DNA of 57,679 nt from an uncultured Syntrophobacter sp. (GTDB lineage: Bacteria > Desulfobacterota > Binatia > UBA9968): positions 1-57,679 of the forward strand of contig CAZILB010000004.1 of the NCBI GenBank assembly GCA_964539925.1. Reading direction: 5' to 3'. The translations under genes and the position numbers were made by a program. Shown here piece after piece: positions 39,343 to 48,569 of this stretch. Every line of letters begins with the position of its first letter. Position 1 is the stretch's first letter. The notes under the pieces are model-generated. The model saw only the letters and a program-made list of their open reading frames with translations. It made no database searches and was not told the DNA's origin.

Positions 39343-41105
39343 TCAGCGAACAGCGAAACTATTTTCCTTTCCTTAGCGCGCACCAAGCCGCGGGCGGTGA
39401 TACGTAACGCGGGCAGCGTGACAAACGGTAAAAACATTAATGCAAAAAGGGGCTTATCGAAAGAGGAGCCCAGTTGTTTTAACCGCCCCTGAATCGCTCT
39501 GAGTTTCCGCCCTGCGTCCCGCCAGGGATAAAGCGAAAAGATACCCCCGACGGGGAAATCCAACAGTTCCAGGACCTCGCCGTGATCGACAACCGCGATG
39601 CCCCCGCCCGTCTCCAACAACGCGTTCGCGCAAATCGCCATGTCGGCGTCGTCGCAACCCGCGATCAAAAGGGTATTTTCATCGAGATTAGCCGTCAAAC
39701 CGATGGCGCCCGCACGGGCGCCGAAACCTTTGACAAAGCCGAAGGCCATCTGCTTCGAATCGCGGCGCCGATCGAACATAGCCACCTTTAAAAGGCCGCC
39801 ATCCGGGTCGGCTTGGACAAAATTCGAGCGGGCATCGAAATGAACAATGATTTCCTTGGTAATGGTCTGATTAAGCAGTTCCATCACCCGGACTTTCGGC
39901 GCCGCGCCGGGCGCGACAATCCGAAAGGTTTCGGCCGAGATCGTCCGTGCGACGCACAGCGAATGCATCATCTCCGCGGGCAGAGCCGGTGGCTCTCCCT
40001 TGAAATCCGATTGCCCTGCCTGGGCAACGATCTTGCCGCCAACCAATACTTCGCGGACGTGACAATTCTTGAGGTCGTCGATCAAGGCAAAATCGGCGAA
40101 ACGGCCCGGGGCAATGCCTCCGATCTCGTGTTCTACTCCCGAATAGATCGCCGGATTCAGCGTCACGGATTGAATGGCTTGCAAAGGCGACACACCCAAC
40201 GATATCGCACGACGCACCACGTGATCCATGTGGCCGCGCTCTTCGACATCGTCCGGCGACATGCTGTCCGTCACCAGGATCAGGCGCTGCATGCTAACGC
40301 CCGCTTCGATCAGCGCCGGCAGAGTCGCCTCGAGATCCTGCCTTAAGGAGCCCTCTCGCAGCATCGTCCAGTAGCCCAGACGCAGCCGTTCCAGCGCGTC
40401 CTCGAATCGGATCGGTTCGTGGCAGGAAGAAATCCCCGCTGCGCTCACGGCGCACAGCTTTTGGTCGCGCGCGCCGGCCGTATGCCCGTGGATGATCCGG
40501 CCGCTTCGACGCGCCAGCATGATACGTTCGAGAATCTCATCGTCGCACTGGAGCAAGCGCAGCCACGATACAACTTCGCCCAGGCCTAGGACTCTCGGGT
40601 CTGCTAATGCCTCGGCGATCTCGGCATCGCTAAACGTTGCCGTAGAACACAGCAGCGGATCCTGCGGCGCCACCATCGAGACCATGGTGTATACCCGCAG
40701 CGGATGGCGCTCCACCTCGTCCAAAAACGCCTTCAAGCCGCGATAGCCAAAAACGGTGGACATCTCGTCGCAGGACGCCATTAAGGCCGTGGTCCCGTGC
40801 GGCACAAACGATTGCAGATTTTCGAAAGGCCGGGCGTAGTGGCCGATATGGGTGTGGCCGTCGATAAAACCGGGGGCAATGTGGCATCCTGACGCGTCGA
40901 GAATCTCGCTTGCGCGGCCCCGGCAATGTCCGGCGCTCGAGCCGACGTAGCAAATCCTGCCGTCGAGCACGGCGATTTCCATGGCTTCGAGGATTTCACC
41001 GGAATAGACATTGACCAATTTCCCGCCGGTGATGATCAAATCCGCTTTCAACTGGCCCTGGGCGCCGCGCACGAGCTTGGAAAGATCTTGCTTGCTGGGA
41101 ACCAT
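39339..41105 (-). CDS. adenine deaminase-like amidohydrolase
   Basis: 588-aa ORF with ADLIITGGKLVNVYSGEILEAMEIAVLDGRICYVG and APGFIDGHTHIG (HxH metal site). Length and N-terminal layout match adenine deaminase. Substrate not established. Confidence 0.75.
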   Translation of the reverse strand: MVPSKQDLSKLVRGAQGQLKADLIITGGKLVNVYSGEILEAMEIAVLDGRICYVGSSAGHCRGRASEILDASGCHIAPGFIDGHTHIGHYARPFENLQSFVPHGTTALMASCDEMSTVFGYRGLKAFLDEVERHPLRVYTMVSMVAPQDPLLCSTATFSDAEIAEALADPRVLGLGEVVSWLRLLQCDDEILERIMLARRSGRIIHGHTAGARDQKLCAVSAAGISSCHEPIRFEDALERLRLGYWTMLREGSLRQDLEATLPALIEAGVSMQRLILVTDSMSPDDVEERGHMDHVVRRAISLGVSPLQAIQSVTLNPAIYSGVEHEIGGIAPGRFADFALIDDLKNCHVREVLVGGKIVAQAGQSDFKGEPPALPAEMMHSLCVARTISAETFRIVAPGAAPKVRVMELLNQTITKEIIVHFDARSNFVQADPDGGLLKVAMFDRRRDSKQMAFGFVKGFGARAGAIGLTANLDENTLLIAGCDDADMAICANALLETGGGIAVVDHGEVLELLDFPVGGIFSLYPWRDAGRKLRAIQGRLKQLGSSFDKPLFALMFLPFVTLPALRITARGLVRAKERKIVSLFAD

Positions 41106-41264
41106 GACGAGTTTTGTAACATGAAGAAAATGGCGTTGCCAAAGCTATAGAACACCGGCGTGCGGGAGACTCCCGGCCCATAGTCCGAGAAACCTCTCGG
41201 CCGAACTGGCAACCCCTGCGCGCGATCTATATATTGGCATAGTGGCGAGAAAAAGGCCGAACCG

Positions 41265-41774
41265 ATGATGCTCACAAAGCTGCCCAGAGCGCTGGCGGTC
41301 GCGATCATCATGCTCGCATGCGTCGGTTGCGATCAAGCGACCAAGTTGGTCGCCAAGGAACACTTAAGGCCCGGCGAGATCATTTCCTTCGCCGGCGACA
41401 CTTTCCGCTTGCAGTACGCGGAAAACACCGGCGCGTTTTTGGGCTTGGGGTCGTCATTGCCCGAGCGCTGGCGGCATTTGATTTTTACGGTTTTGGTCGG
41501 CTTCTTCCTGCTGGGGTTGATGTTCTATGTTTTGTTGAGCCGGGAATTATTGATTGCCCAAGTCCTCTACCTTACCCTGGTCCTCGGCGGCGGCACCAGC
41601 AATCTGCTCGACCGCATCGTCTATGACGGCCGTGTCATCGATTTTTTGAACGTCGGCATCGGCCCCATCCGCACCGGGATATTCAATGTTGCCGACATGG
41701 CGATAACCGCCGGAGCGCTTCTCTTGGCGGTTGAAAGTTTTAGAAAGACGCCGCGGAGGTCGGCCGGCAGCTAG
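41265..41774 (+). CDS. lspA: lipoprotein signal peptidase (signal peptidase II)
   Basis: 169-aa ORF with DQATKLVAK, YAENTGAFLG, GGGTSNLLDR and FNVADMAITAG. Confidence 0.9.
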   Translation: MMLTKLPRALAVAIIMLACVGCDQATKLVAKEHLRPGEIISFAGDTFRLQYAENTGAFLGLGSSLPERWRHLIFTVLVGFFLLGLMFYVLLSRELLIAQVLYLTLVLGGGTSNLLDRIVYDGRVIDFLNVGIGPIRTGIFNVADMAITAGALLLAVESFRKTPRRSAGS

Positions 41775-41833
41775 ACGGCGAGCGCCGATTTTGCAGCCGC
41801 TTCAGCCTGAGGAACGAATTTAGGAGCGAAACC

Positions 41834-42151
41834 ATGCCTTGGATTCACTTAATGGTCGCCGGTGCGTTCGAAATATTTTGGGCTATCAGCCTCAAATACA
41901 CCGACGGCTTTTCCAAACTGTGGCCAAGCTTGTTGACCGCTATCGGCATGATCGCGAGTTTATATTTTCTCGCCCAGGCCCTCAAAACCATTCCCGTGGG
42001 CACGGGGTACGGCGTATGGACCGGGATCGGCGCCGCCGGCACGGCAATCCTCGGCATTGTGCTGTTTTCCGAATCGGCGGCATGGCCGAGGATTGCCTGC
42101 ATCGCGCTCATCATCGCCGGCATCGTGGGCCTGAAATTAACCTCGAACTAG
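41834..42151 (+). CDS. sugE: SMR-family small multidrug/guanidinium exporter (SugE/Gdx-like)
   Basis: 105-aa ORF with four TM helices, a conserved Glu in TM1 (AGAFEIFWA) and ...GTGYGVWTGIGA.... Confidence 0.85.
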   Translation: MPWIHLMVAGAFEIFWAISLKYTDGFSKLWPSLLTAIGMIASLYFLAQALKTIPVGTGYGVWTGIGAAGTAILGIVLFSESAAWPRIACIALIIAGIVGLKLTSN

Positions 42152-42172
42152 TCCTGCGCTCCACGGTCAAAT

Positions 42173-42202
42173 TTGACATTTGCGATTCGAACCCCGTATG
42201 TT
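42173..42202 (+). promoter_or_regulatory. putative promoter of the amidohydrolase / Prx-like selenoprotein pair
   Basis: TTGACA (42173..42178), an 18-nt spacer, then TATGTT (42197..42202), about 20 nt before ATG 42222. Confidence 0.4.
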
Positions 42203-42221
42203 TTATCGAAAGGAAGCCCTT

Positions 42222-43139
42222 ATGATCATCGATTGCCATGCCCATTTGATGCCTCAGAGCTGGTTCCATCCGCAGTCGCCCAAGTCGATTTTCGATCTCG
42301 ACGCCCTGTTCAACCAGCAGGATCAGTCGGGCGTCGATCTCACGGTCTTCGGCAACAACTGGATCCGCTCGCCCGACGGCGCCGATCCGTTGAGAGTCGT
42401 TCAGGAATTCAACGAACACGCGGCCGAGTTGACGGCCAAACATCCCAAGCGCCTGCTCGGCCTCGCCTGTTCCGTGCCCTTCGAAGACGGCGCAATCCTC
42501 AAAGAAACGGAGCGGGCGATCAAAGACTACAAGCTCAAAGGCATCATGATTAACTCGAGCGTCAACGGCGAGTATCTGGAATCGCCGCGGGCTCATCCGT
42601 TCTTTCAACTGGTGAGCGATCTCGACGTGCCGCTTTTCGTCCACCCGCCCAAGTTCACCATTGGCAACGAGAAGATGGAAATGTTCCGCCTGCCGGAGAT
42701 GCTCGGCCGGCCGTTCGACACCACCCTGTCGCTGACCCGCTTCATTTTTACCGGCGGTTTCGAGCGTTTTCCCAAACTGAAAATCGTCTGCGCCCACGTC
42801 GGCGGTGCCTTGCCCATGCTGCCGGGCCGCTACGGATTCGGCTATGAACTGCGAGAAGACTCGAGCTTCGGTCCATGGGAACCCGACGCGATGCCGCGGC
42901 CGCCGGCGAGCTACATAAAGCAGCTCTATTTCGATACGGTCTGCTATCATCCGCCGGCGGTGCAGTGCGCCATCGACACCGTCGGCGTCGATCATGTCGT
43001 CTTCGGGAGCGATTCGCCGCCGGTGCCGATTCCGCTGGTGCGCGCGGTCGACACGGTGAATCAATTGAAAATGTCCCAAGAGGACAAGCAGAAAATTTTC
43101 GGCGGCAACGCGGCGAAGCTTTTGGGCTTGGCGGGATGA
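42222..43139 (+). CDS. amidohydrolase_2 (ACMSD-type metal-dependent hydrolase/decarboxylase) family protein
   Basis: ORF 42180..43139. Start set at ATG 42222 (MIIDCHAHLMP...) with an AAAGGAAG SD. Carries the HxH start, ...LFVHPP..., ...CAHVGG... and ...FGSDSP.... Confidence 0.85.
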   Translation: MIIDCHAHLMPQSWFHPQSPKSIFDLDALFNQQDQSGVDLTVFGNNWIRSPDGADPLRVVQEFNEHAAELTAKHPKRLLGLACSVPFEDGAILKETERAIKDYKLKGIMINSSVNGEYLESPRAHPFFQLVSDLDVPLFVHPPKFTIGNEKMEMFRLPEMLGRPFDTTLSLTRFIFTGGFERFPKLKIVCAHVGGALPMLPGRYGFGYELREDSSFGPWEPDAMPRPPASYIKQLYFDTVCYHPPAVQCAIDTVGVDHVVFGSDSPPVPIPLVRAVDTVNQLKMSQEDKQKIFGGNAAKLLGLAG

Positions 43140-43216
43140 ATCAGTGCCGCCGCACGGGTTGATGCAACCAACTCAAGGTCGTACGTATCTAAGCAGCTCG
43201 AAAGGAAAGTAAGCTC

Positions 43217-43711
43217 ATGGCGAGACAACTGGGCCCCGGCGACCCGTTTCCGGCCTATACGGTGTCCACCGTCGACGGCCGTGCTTTTAACATGCCCGCC
43301 GATATTCAGGGCGAATATGCCGTCGTCATCTACTACCGCGGCATCTGGTGACCCTACTGCGTTCGGCAGTTAGCCGATTTTCAAGCGCATATCGAGGAAT
43401 TCAAGCAAGAGAACAGCGAGATCATCGCGCATTCCGTCGATCCCCTGGAAAAGGCCAAAGAGATGGTCGAACGCAGCGGTGCGACTTTTACCATCGGTTA
43501 CGGGCTAAAGGTCCCGGACGATGCCGACAGGGTCGGCGCCTATTGGGAGGAACGGCGCGGCATCATCCACGCGACTAATTTTACGCTCGGGCCGGATCGA
43601 AGGATTCTCCAGGCCTGTTTTGCCACCGGCCCCATCGGCCGGATCGCCGCGGTCGATGCGCTCAGCTCGATTAGAGGCACGAAACGAAGGAAGGCCTCGG
43701 GGGCTGCCTAA
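43217..43711 (+). CDS. peroxiredoxin-like (PRX_like2 / AhpC-TSA fold) thiol-disulfide oxidoreductase with in-frame TGA (candidate selenocysteine, UxxC)
   Basis: Own translation gives MARQLGPGDPFPAYTVSTVDGRAFNMPADIQGEYAVVIYYRGIW[TGA]PYCVRQLADFQAHIEEFKQENSEIIAHSVDPLEKAKEMVERSGATF.... TGA at 43349..43351 sits at the first Cys of the RGxWCPxC motif. The track only shows the 3' part (43463..43711). AAAGGAAAG SD upstream. Confidence 0.65.
43354..43376 (+). promoter_or_regulatory. candidate bacterial SECIS hairpin(s)
   Basis: Two alternative hairpins lie just 3' of the TGA. The first is CUACUGC-GUUCG-GCAGU(U)AG (43354..43373, one bulged U). The second is CGGC-AGUUA-GCCG (43364..43376), whose loop G and U lie 21-22 nt from the U of UGA. 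Confidence 0.4.
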
Positions 43712-43721
43712 TCACACCGGG

Positions 43722-44768
<1,047 letters not shown>

Positions 44769-44798
44769 TGGGTCAACCGTGTAACTTCAACCCATACT

Positions 44799-44883
44799 GT
44801 CATTTCGTGGAGCGCGAGCGACGCGGGGTCTTGCGCCTGTGCGGGACGCAAGGGGAAAAGATTCTCCCTGCGGACGAAATGAC
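44799..44883. repeat. palindromic intergenic element with GTCATTTCG...CGAAATGAC termini
   Basis: GTCATTTCGT (44799..44808) is a perfect inverted repeat of ACGAAATGAC (44874..44883). An internal CTTGCG...CGCAAG stem is present. A related element lies at 49282..49343. Confidence 0.55.
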
Positions 44884-44936
44884 ATTTCGATAGATCCCGG
44901 CAAACGGCGGCGGCGCCGTCCTTGAACCTTGAACGT

Positions 44937-45689
44937 TTATTCCAACCGCCCCTCGATCTCCCGAATCGTTTCCGCCGCCAGCGACGGCCTGACAAAGGCA
45001 TTGTAAATGCAATCGTTCTGCAGCCACATGATATCCGCCCGTTGCTTGACCGCTTCGCGCATCTCCTGTTGCAGTTTCTCCTCCATGCAGTGTTTCTTGA
45101 TCACGTCGATAACCATATTGCCGTGGCCCTCGTCGTGGTACTCGTGGGCGCGGAAAAAGTCCAGGCAGGCCGCGGGAATCCAAGGATAAAATTTCTCCAG
45201 GGCTTCCCGCTCTTCTTTCATGCGCTTGGGGCCGCCGCCTTCGAACACCAGTCCGGTGCCGATGGCCACAGCCCAGTGGCTTTGCTGCACCAACGAAATA
45301 TACATCTCCAGTGCCGCGCGGATCCCCGGCAGCGGCTCGTAATTCAAGATCTCGTCGCGGCCGATCCCGATCCCCTCGGCGAATTGCACCCACAGATCGC
45401 GGTGGCTCGGATACTTCCCGCCAAACAGGTCCTCGCCCTCTTCTTCGACCATGTTTTCCAAAAGCAGGCGGCGCAGCTCCGGGATCGGGCACTTCTGATA
45501 GCGTATACCGAAGAAGCGGTGAATATTGCGAAACTCGTGAAACTGGTTCATCGCCCACCCTTGGAGTTGTTCCTTCGTCAACCTGCCGCTGAGCAAAAGC
45601 TGGCGCAAGGGATGAGGCCGAGGATGGCGCTGGCGCAAGGCGTATTGCAGATCGGCGATCAGTTCTTCGGGTCCGAGCAATCCAGCCAT
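44937..45689 (-). CDS. PqqC/TenA/CADD-family (heme-oxygenase-like fold) protein, orphan
   Basis: ORF 44937..45779. Start set at ATG 45689 (GGGAGGA SD), giving about 250 aa. The N-terminus LLGPEELIADLQYALRQRHPRPHPLRQLLLSGRLTKEQLQGWAMNQF parallels the PqqC N-terminal consensus from memory. Acidic/His clusters are ENMVEEEGE...SH and AHEYHDEGH. Confidence 0.8.
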   Translation of the reverse strand: MAGLLGPEELIADLQYALRQRHPRPHPLRQLLLSGRLTKEQLQGWAMNQFHEFRNIHRFFGIRYQKCPIPELRRLLLENMVEEEGEDLFGGKYPSHRDLWVQFAEGIGIGRDEILNYEPLPGIRAALEMYISLVQQSHWAVAIGTGLVFEGGGPKRMKEEREALEKFYPWIPAACLDFFRAHEYHDEGHGNMVIDVIKKHCMEEKLQQEMREAVKQRADIMWLQNDCIYNAFVRPSLAAETIREIEGRLE

Positions 45690-45815
45690 ATTTCCTCCCG
45701 CGAGAGCCGCTCCAATGCGGCCGGTTGAATTCGGCGCCATCATAGCCAAGTAGCCGGAGCTTCGCCAGTACGGATTCATGTTGTATTTTCTTTACTCCTT
45801 TAATACCATGGCGCC

Positions 45816-46574
45816 GTGGTTTCGCTCTCGCTACGCAGGCTTACGAAGAAATTCGGCGCCGTGGTTGCCGTCGATCAAGCCGATCTGGACGTCAACCGGG
45901 GCGAGTTTATGGTCATCGTCGGTGAAAGCGGCTGCGGCAAAACCACGATGCTCCGGCTCATTGCCGGTCTGGAACAGCCCGACAGCGGCATGATTTTCAT
46001 CGGCGGGGCTCCGGTCAACGACGTCCCCGTCGGCCGGCGCGGCGTTCAAATGATCTTTCAAAACTACGCCCTCTGGCCGCACATGCGGGTGTTTGATTCA
46101 AATCGCTATTCCAATCTGTCGCTTCCCTTGAAAGTGCGGCAATGGAGCGGCGAAAAAATCAGGGGATTCTTGCGGCCGCTGGCCTGGAAAATCGGCATCG
46201 ACGAAAGCCACTTCAACCGTAAACCCACCGAGCTTTCCGGCGGGCAGCAGCAGCGCGTCGCTCTGGGACGCGCCATGGTCACCTCGCCCACCGTCATGTT
46301 GATGGACGAACCGCTGAGCAATATCGACCCGCCCAATCGGCTCAAGATGCGCCAGGAGATCATGGCGTTTCACAAAGAGCATCGCCTGACAACCCTCTAT
46401 GTAACCCACAACCTGGCCGACGGCATCGCGCTCGCGGATCGTATCGGGGTCATGCGCCAGGGTCGCTTCGAACAGTCCGACACTGCGGAAAATCTAATGC
46501 GCCATCCGGCGTCGCAATATGTCGCCGACTTTTTCCGCGCCGAACAGTTCGGGCGCCGACTCGGCGCCCCCTAG
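45816..46574 (+). CDS. ABC transporter ATP-binding protein (MalK/PotA-like NBD without C-terminal regulatory domain)
   Basis: 252-aa ORF with a GTG start, Walker A GESGCGKTT, Q-loop FQNYALWPHM, signature LSGGQQQRV, Walker B LMDEPLSNID and an H-loop (VTHN). No permease gene is adjacent. Confidence 0.9.
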   Translation: MVSLSLRRLTKKFGAVVAVDQADLDVNRGEFMVIVGESGCGKTTMLRLIAGLEQPDSGMIFIGGAPVNDVPVGRRGVQMIFQNYALWPHMRVFDSNRYSNLSLPLKVRQWSGEKIRGFLRPLAWKIGIDESHFNRKPTELSGGQQQRVALGRAMVTSPTVMLMDEPLSNIDPPNRLKMRQEIMAFHKEHRLTTLYVTHNLADGIALADRIGVMRQGRFEQSDTAENLMRHPASQYVADFFRAEQFGRRLGAP

Positions 46575-46580
46575 AGAACC

Positions 46581-47369
46581 ATGTTGGCGGTCCTCGTCGC
46601 CCTTATGATGGTTATCACCCTCGCGCTGGGCGGATCGGCCCATGCGTCCTGCCGCGAGCTGGATGTCGCCCGCGGCGGGTGGCCCCGGCCCGCCCACGCC
46701 GCTGAGCCGGACGCCACCATCGAATTCTACGGCCACAATTTTTTCCAGATCACATCGAACAAAGGCACCAAAATTCTCACCGACCCGATGTCGCCGGGCT
46801 TCTACCCGACGCCCGAAGTCACTCCCCACGTCATCACCGTGGGCCGGGAACACCCCAATCACAACTACGTAGGCATCGCGCGAAACAGCCCGTTGATCTT
46901 GCGCGGCCTTGGCAAGTTCGGCGCCGAATGGAACAAAATCAGCACCACGGTGCGCGATGTGCTGATCTATACCGTGCCGATTTACCAGCAACAGTTCGGC
47001 AACCCGCTGAAAGGCGCGGCATTCGTTTTCGATCTGGGCACTCTCTGTATCGCCCATCTCGGCGATCTGAGCCACAAACTGACAGAAGAACAGATCAAAG
47101 CGTTCGGCAAGGTGGACATCGCGCTGATCCCCATCGGCGGATCGTTCACCATGCCGCCGGACACCGCGCGCGCAGTGCTGCAGCAGCTCAAACCGAAGAT
47201 CGCGATACCCATGCACTACCGGGAAAATACCTACCTGCTGGACCTGTTCGTCAAAGACCTGCCGCACAAGTACTTAAACACTCATGTCATGACCTTCAGC
47301 AAAAAGGTCCTGCCGACGGCGACGCAGATCCTGGTTTTCACACCATGGATGATGCGCCACTACCGCTGA
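46581..47369 (+). CDS. secreted MBL-fold metallo-hydrolase (UlaG-like)
   Basis: 262-aa ORF with signal peptide MLAVLVALMMVITLALGGSAHA, then ...IEFYGHNFFQI...ILTDP...VGREHPNH...IAHLGD...IPMHY. Lies 6 nt after the ABC ATPase stop. Confidence 0.85.
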   Translation: MLAVLVALMMVITLALGGSAHASCRELDVARGGWPRPAHAAEPDATIEFYGHNFFQITSNKGTKILTDPMSPGFYPTPEVTPHVITVGREHPNHNYVGIARNSPLILRGLGKFGAEWNKISTTVRDVLIYTVPIYQQQFGNPLKGAAFVFDLGTLCIAHLGDLSHKLTEEQIKAFGKVDIALIPIGGSFTMPPDTARAVLQQLKPKIAIPMHYRENTYLLDLFVKDLPHKYLNTHVMTFSKKVLPTATQILVFTPWMMRHYR

Positions 47370-47473
47370 GCAAGTCGGGCAAATCGCTCGCAGGAGCCCA
47401 CCACAGAACTCCCGCGGCGAGGCCAGAAGAACACTCACCGTAGAGTCGCTGCGGTCATAGAGTAAAGGGTAAT

Positions 47474-47526
47474 GGATTCCGGAATCCTTCGTGTCCTTCG
47501 GGCCTTCGTGGGGAATCCTGCTTTTT
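47474..47526 (+). terminator. hairpin plus T-run in the convergent spacer (candidate terminator for the ABC-MBL unit)
   Basis: GGATTCC (47474..47480) can pair with GGAATCC at 47481..47487 (a perfect 14-bp palindrome) or at 47512..47518. TGCTTTTT follows. Confidence 0.4.
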
Positions 47527-47579
47527 CCTTTGCTTGCCGCTGTGCCGCACCAGGCTCGTTGTGGTTCAACAGTATTCGG

Positions 47580-48569
47580 CTAAATCTTAAATGCTTCGAC
47601 CGTCTCGCGCGCGAAGAGTTCGCCGAGATTCAACCGCTGTTTAATCAACCCCTGTTCCAGCATATAACCATGAAGAGTTTCTAAATTCCGCCGATTGGGC
47701 TCCAAACCATAGGGCCAATAGTCCGCGCTCATGAGATCCCGCGTATCCTCGTACTCTGCCGAAGTCCACGGCAAACTAACGCGCAGGATGTTGGTGTCGT
47801 AAAGCTCGCGCATGCAGATCTCTTTGGCTTCGCCGAACGCCTTAAAAAGGGTCTGCGCCACCCACGGCTCCTTTTCGTAAATCGCCCGCTTGATAACGAT
47901 CACGTGCATGATCGGAAACAGGGCGGTCTTCTTGAAGTATTCCATCTCCACCCGCCGGTAATCGGGAAACAGCCGCTTCACATTCGGCGAGCCCTGAAGA
48001 AAACAGGTCGGCATGCGCGGCGACATCATGGCCGCGACTTCGCCGCTTTCGATCATGGCGTTGAGTGTCGTATCCGGCCGGCTTTCCAGCTTCACGCCCG
48101 CGGGCATCTCAAAATCGACGCGATCTTTCCTGCCGGGATGCTCCTCCCCCGCCTGCACCCAGTGAATTTCGCCCGGGGCCACGCCGTATTCATGCTCGAA
48201 CATGCCGCGCAGCCATACCGCCGCGGTCATCGAATACTCGGGCACGCCCATGCGTTTGCCGCGCAGGTCCTCGATGCGCCTTACACCGGAGTCCGTGTTC
48301 ACGAAAATGCAGCGATGCCTAAAGGTGCGCGACGGAAACACCGGGATGGCGATAAAAGGCCGACGGCCGCGCGAAGCGGCGGTTAAAAACGCGCCCATCG
48401 ACAACTCCGAGACGTCGAACTCTTCATACTTCATCATGCGCCAGAAGATTTCTTCCACGGACATGACCATGTAATTAAGCTCGAGGCCCTCCGGTTTGAC
48501 GATCCCGTCTTTGATCGGGCGGGTGCGGTCGTAGTCCTCGCACGCCAGCGTCAGATGAAGCTTCTTCAT
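47580..48569 (-). CDS. 4,5-dihydroxyphthalate decarboxylase-like protein (periplasmic-binding-protein/NMT1-like fold)
   Basis: 329-aa ORF. The N-terminus MKKLHLTLACEDYDRTRPIKDGIVKPEGLELNYMVMSVEEIFWRMMKYEEFDVSELSM matches my memory of the Pht5/PhtD family start. ATGA overlap with the upstream aldolase gene. Confidence 0.7.
   Translation of the reverse strand: MKKLHLTLACEDYDRTRPIKDGIVKPEGLELNYMVMSVEEIFWRMMKYEEFDVSELSMGAFLTAASRGRRPFIAIPVFPSRTFRHRCIFVNTDSGVRRIEDLRGKRMGVPEYSMTAAVWLRGMFEHEYGVAPGEIHWVQAGEEHPGRKDRVDFEMPAGVKLESRPDTTLNAMIESGEVAAMMSPRMPTCFLQGSPNVKRLFPDYRRVEMEYFKKTALFPIMHVIVIKRAIYEKEPWVAQTLFKAFGEAKEICMRELYDTNILRVSLPWTSAEYEDTRDLMSADYWPYGLEPNRRNLETLHGYMLEQGLIKQRLNLGELFARETVEAFKI

Noticed and set aside
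41775-41833. Guanidine riboswitch (mini-ykkC / ykkC / guanidine-III) upstream of the SugE/Gdx-like gene
   Set aside because: Only 59 nt are available. The two ACGR tetranucleotides present (ACGG, ACGA) are not closed by the GC-rich stems required for mini-ykkC hairpins, and no other conserved riboswitch core was recognisable.
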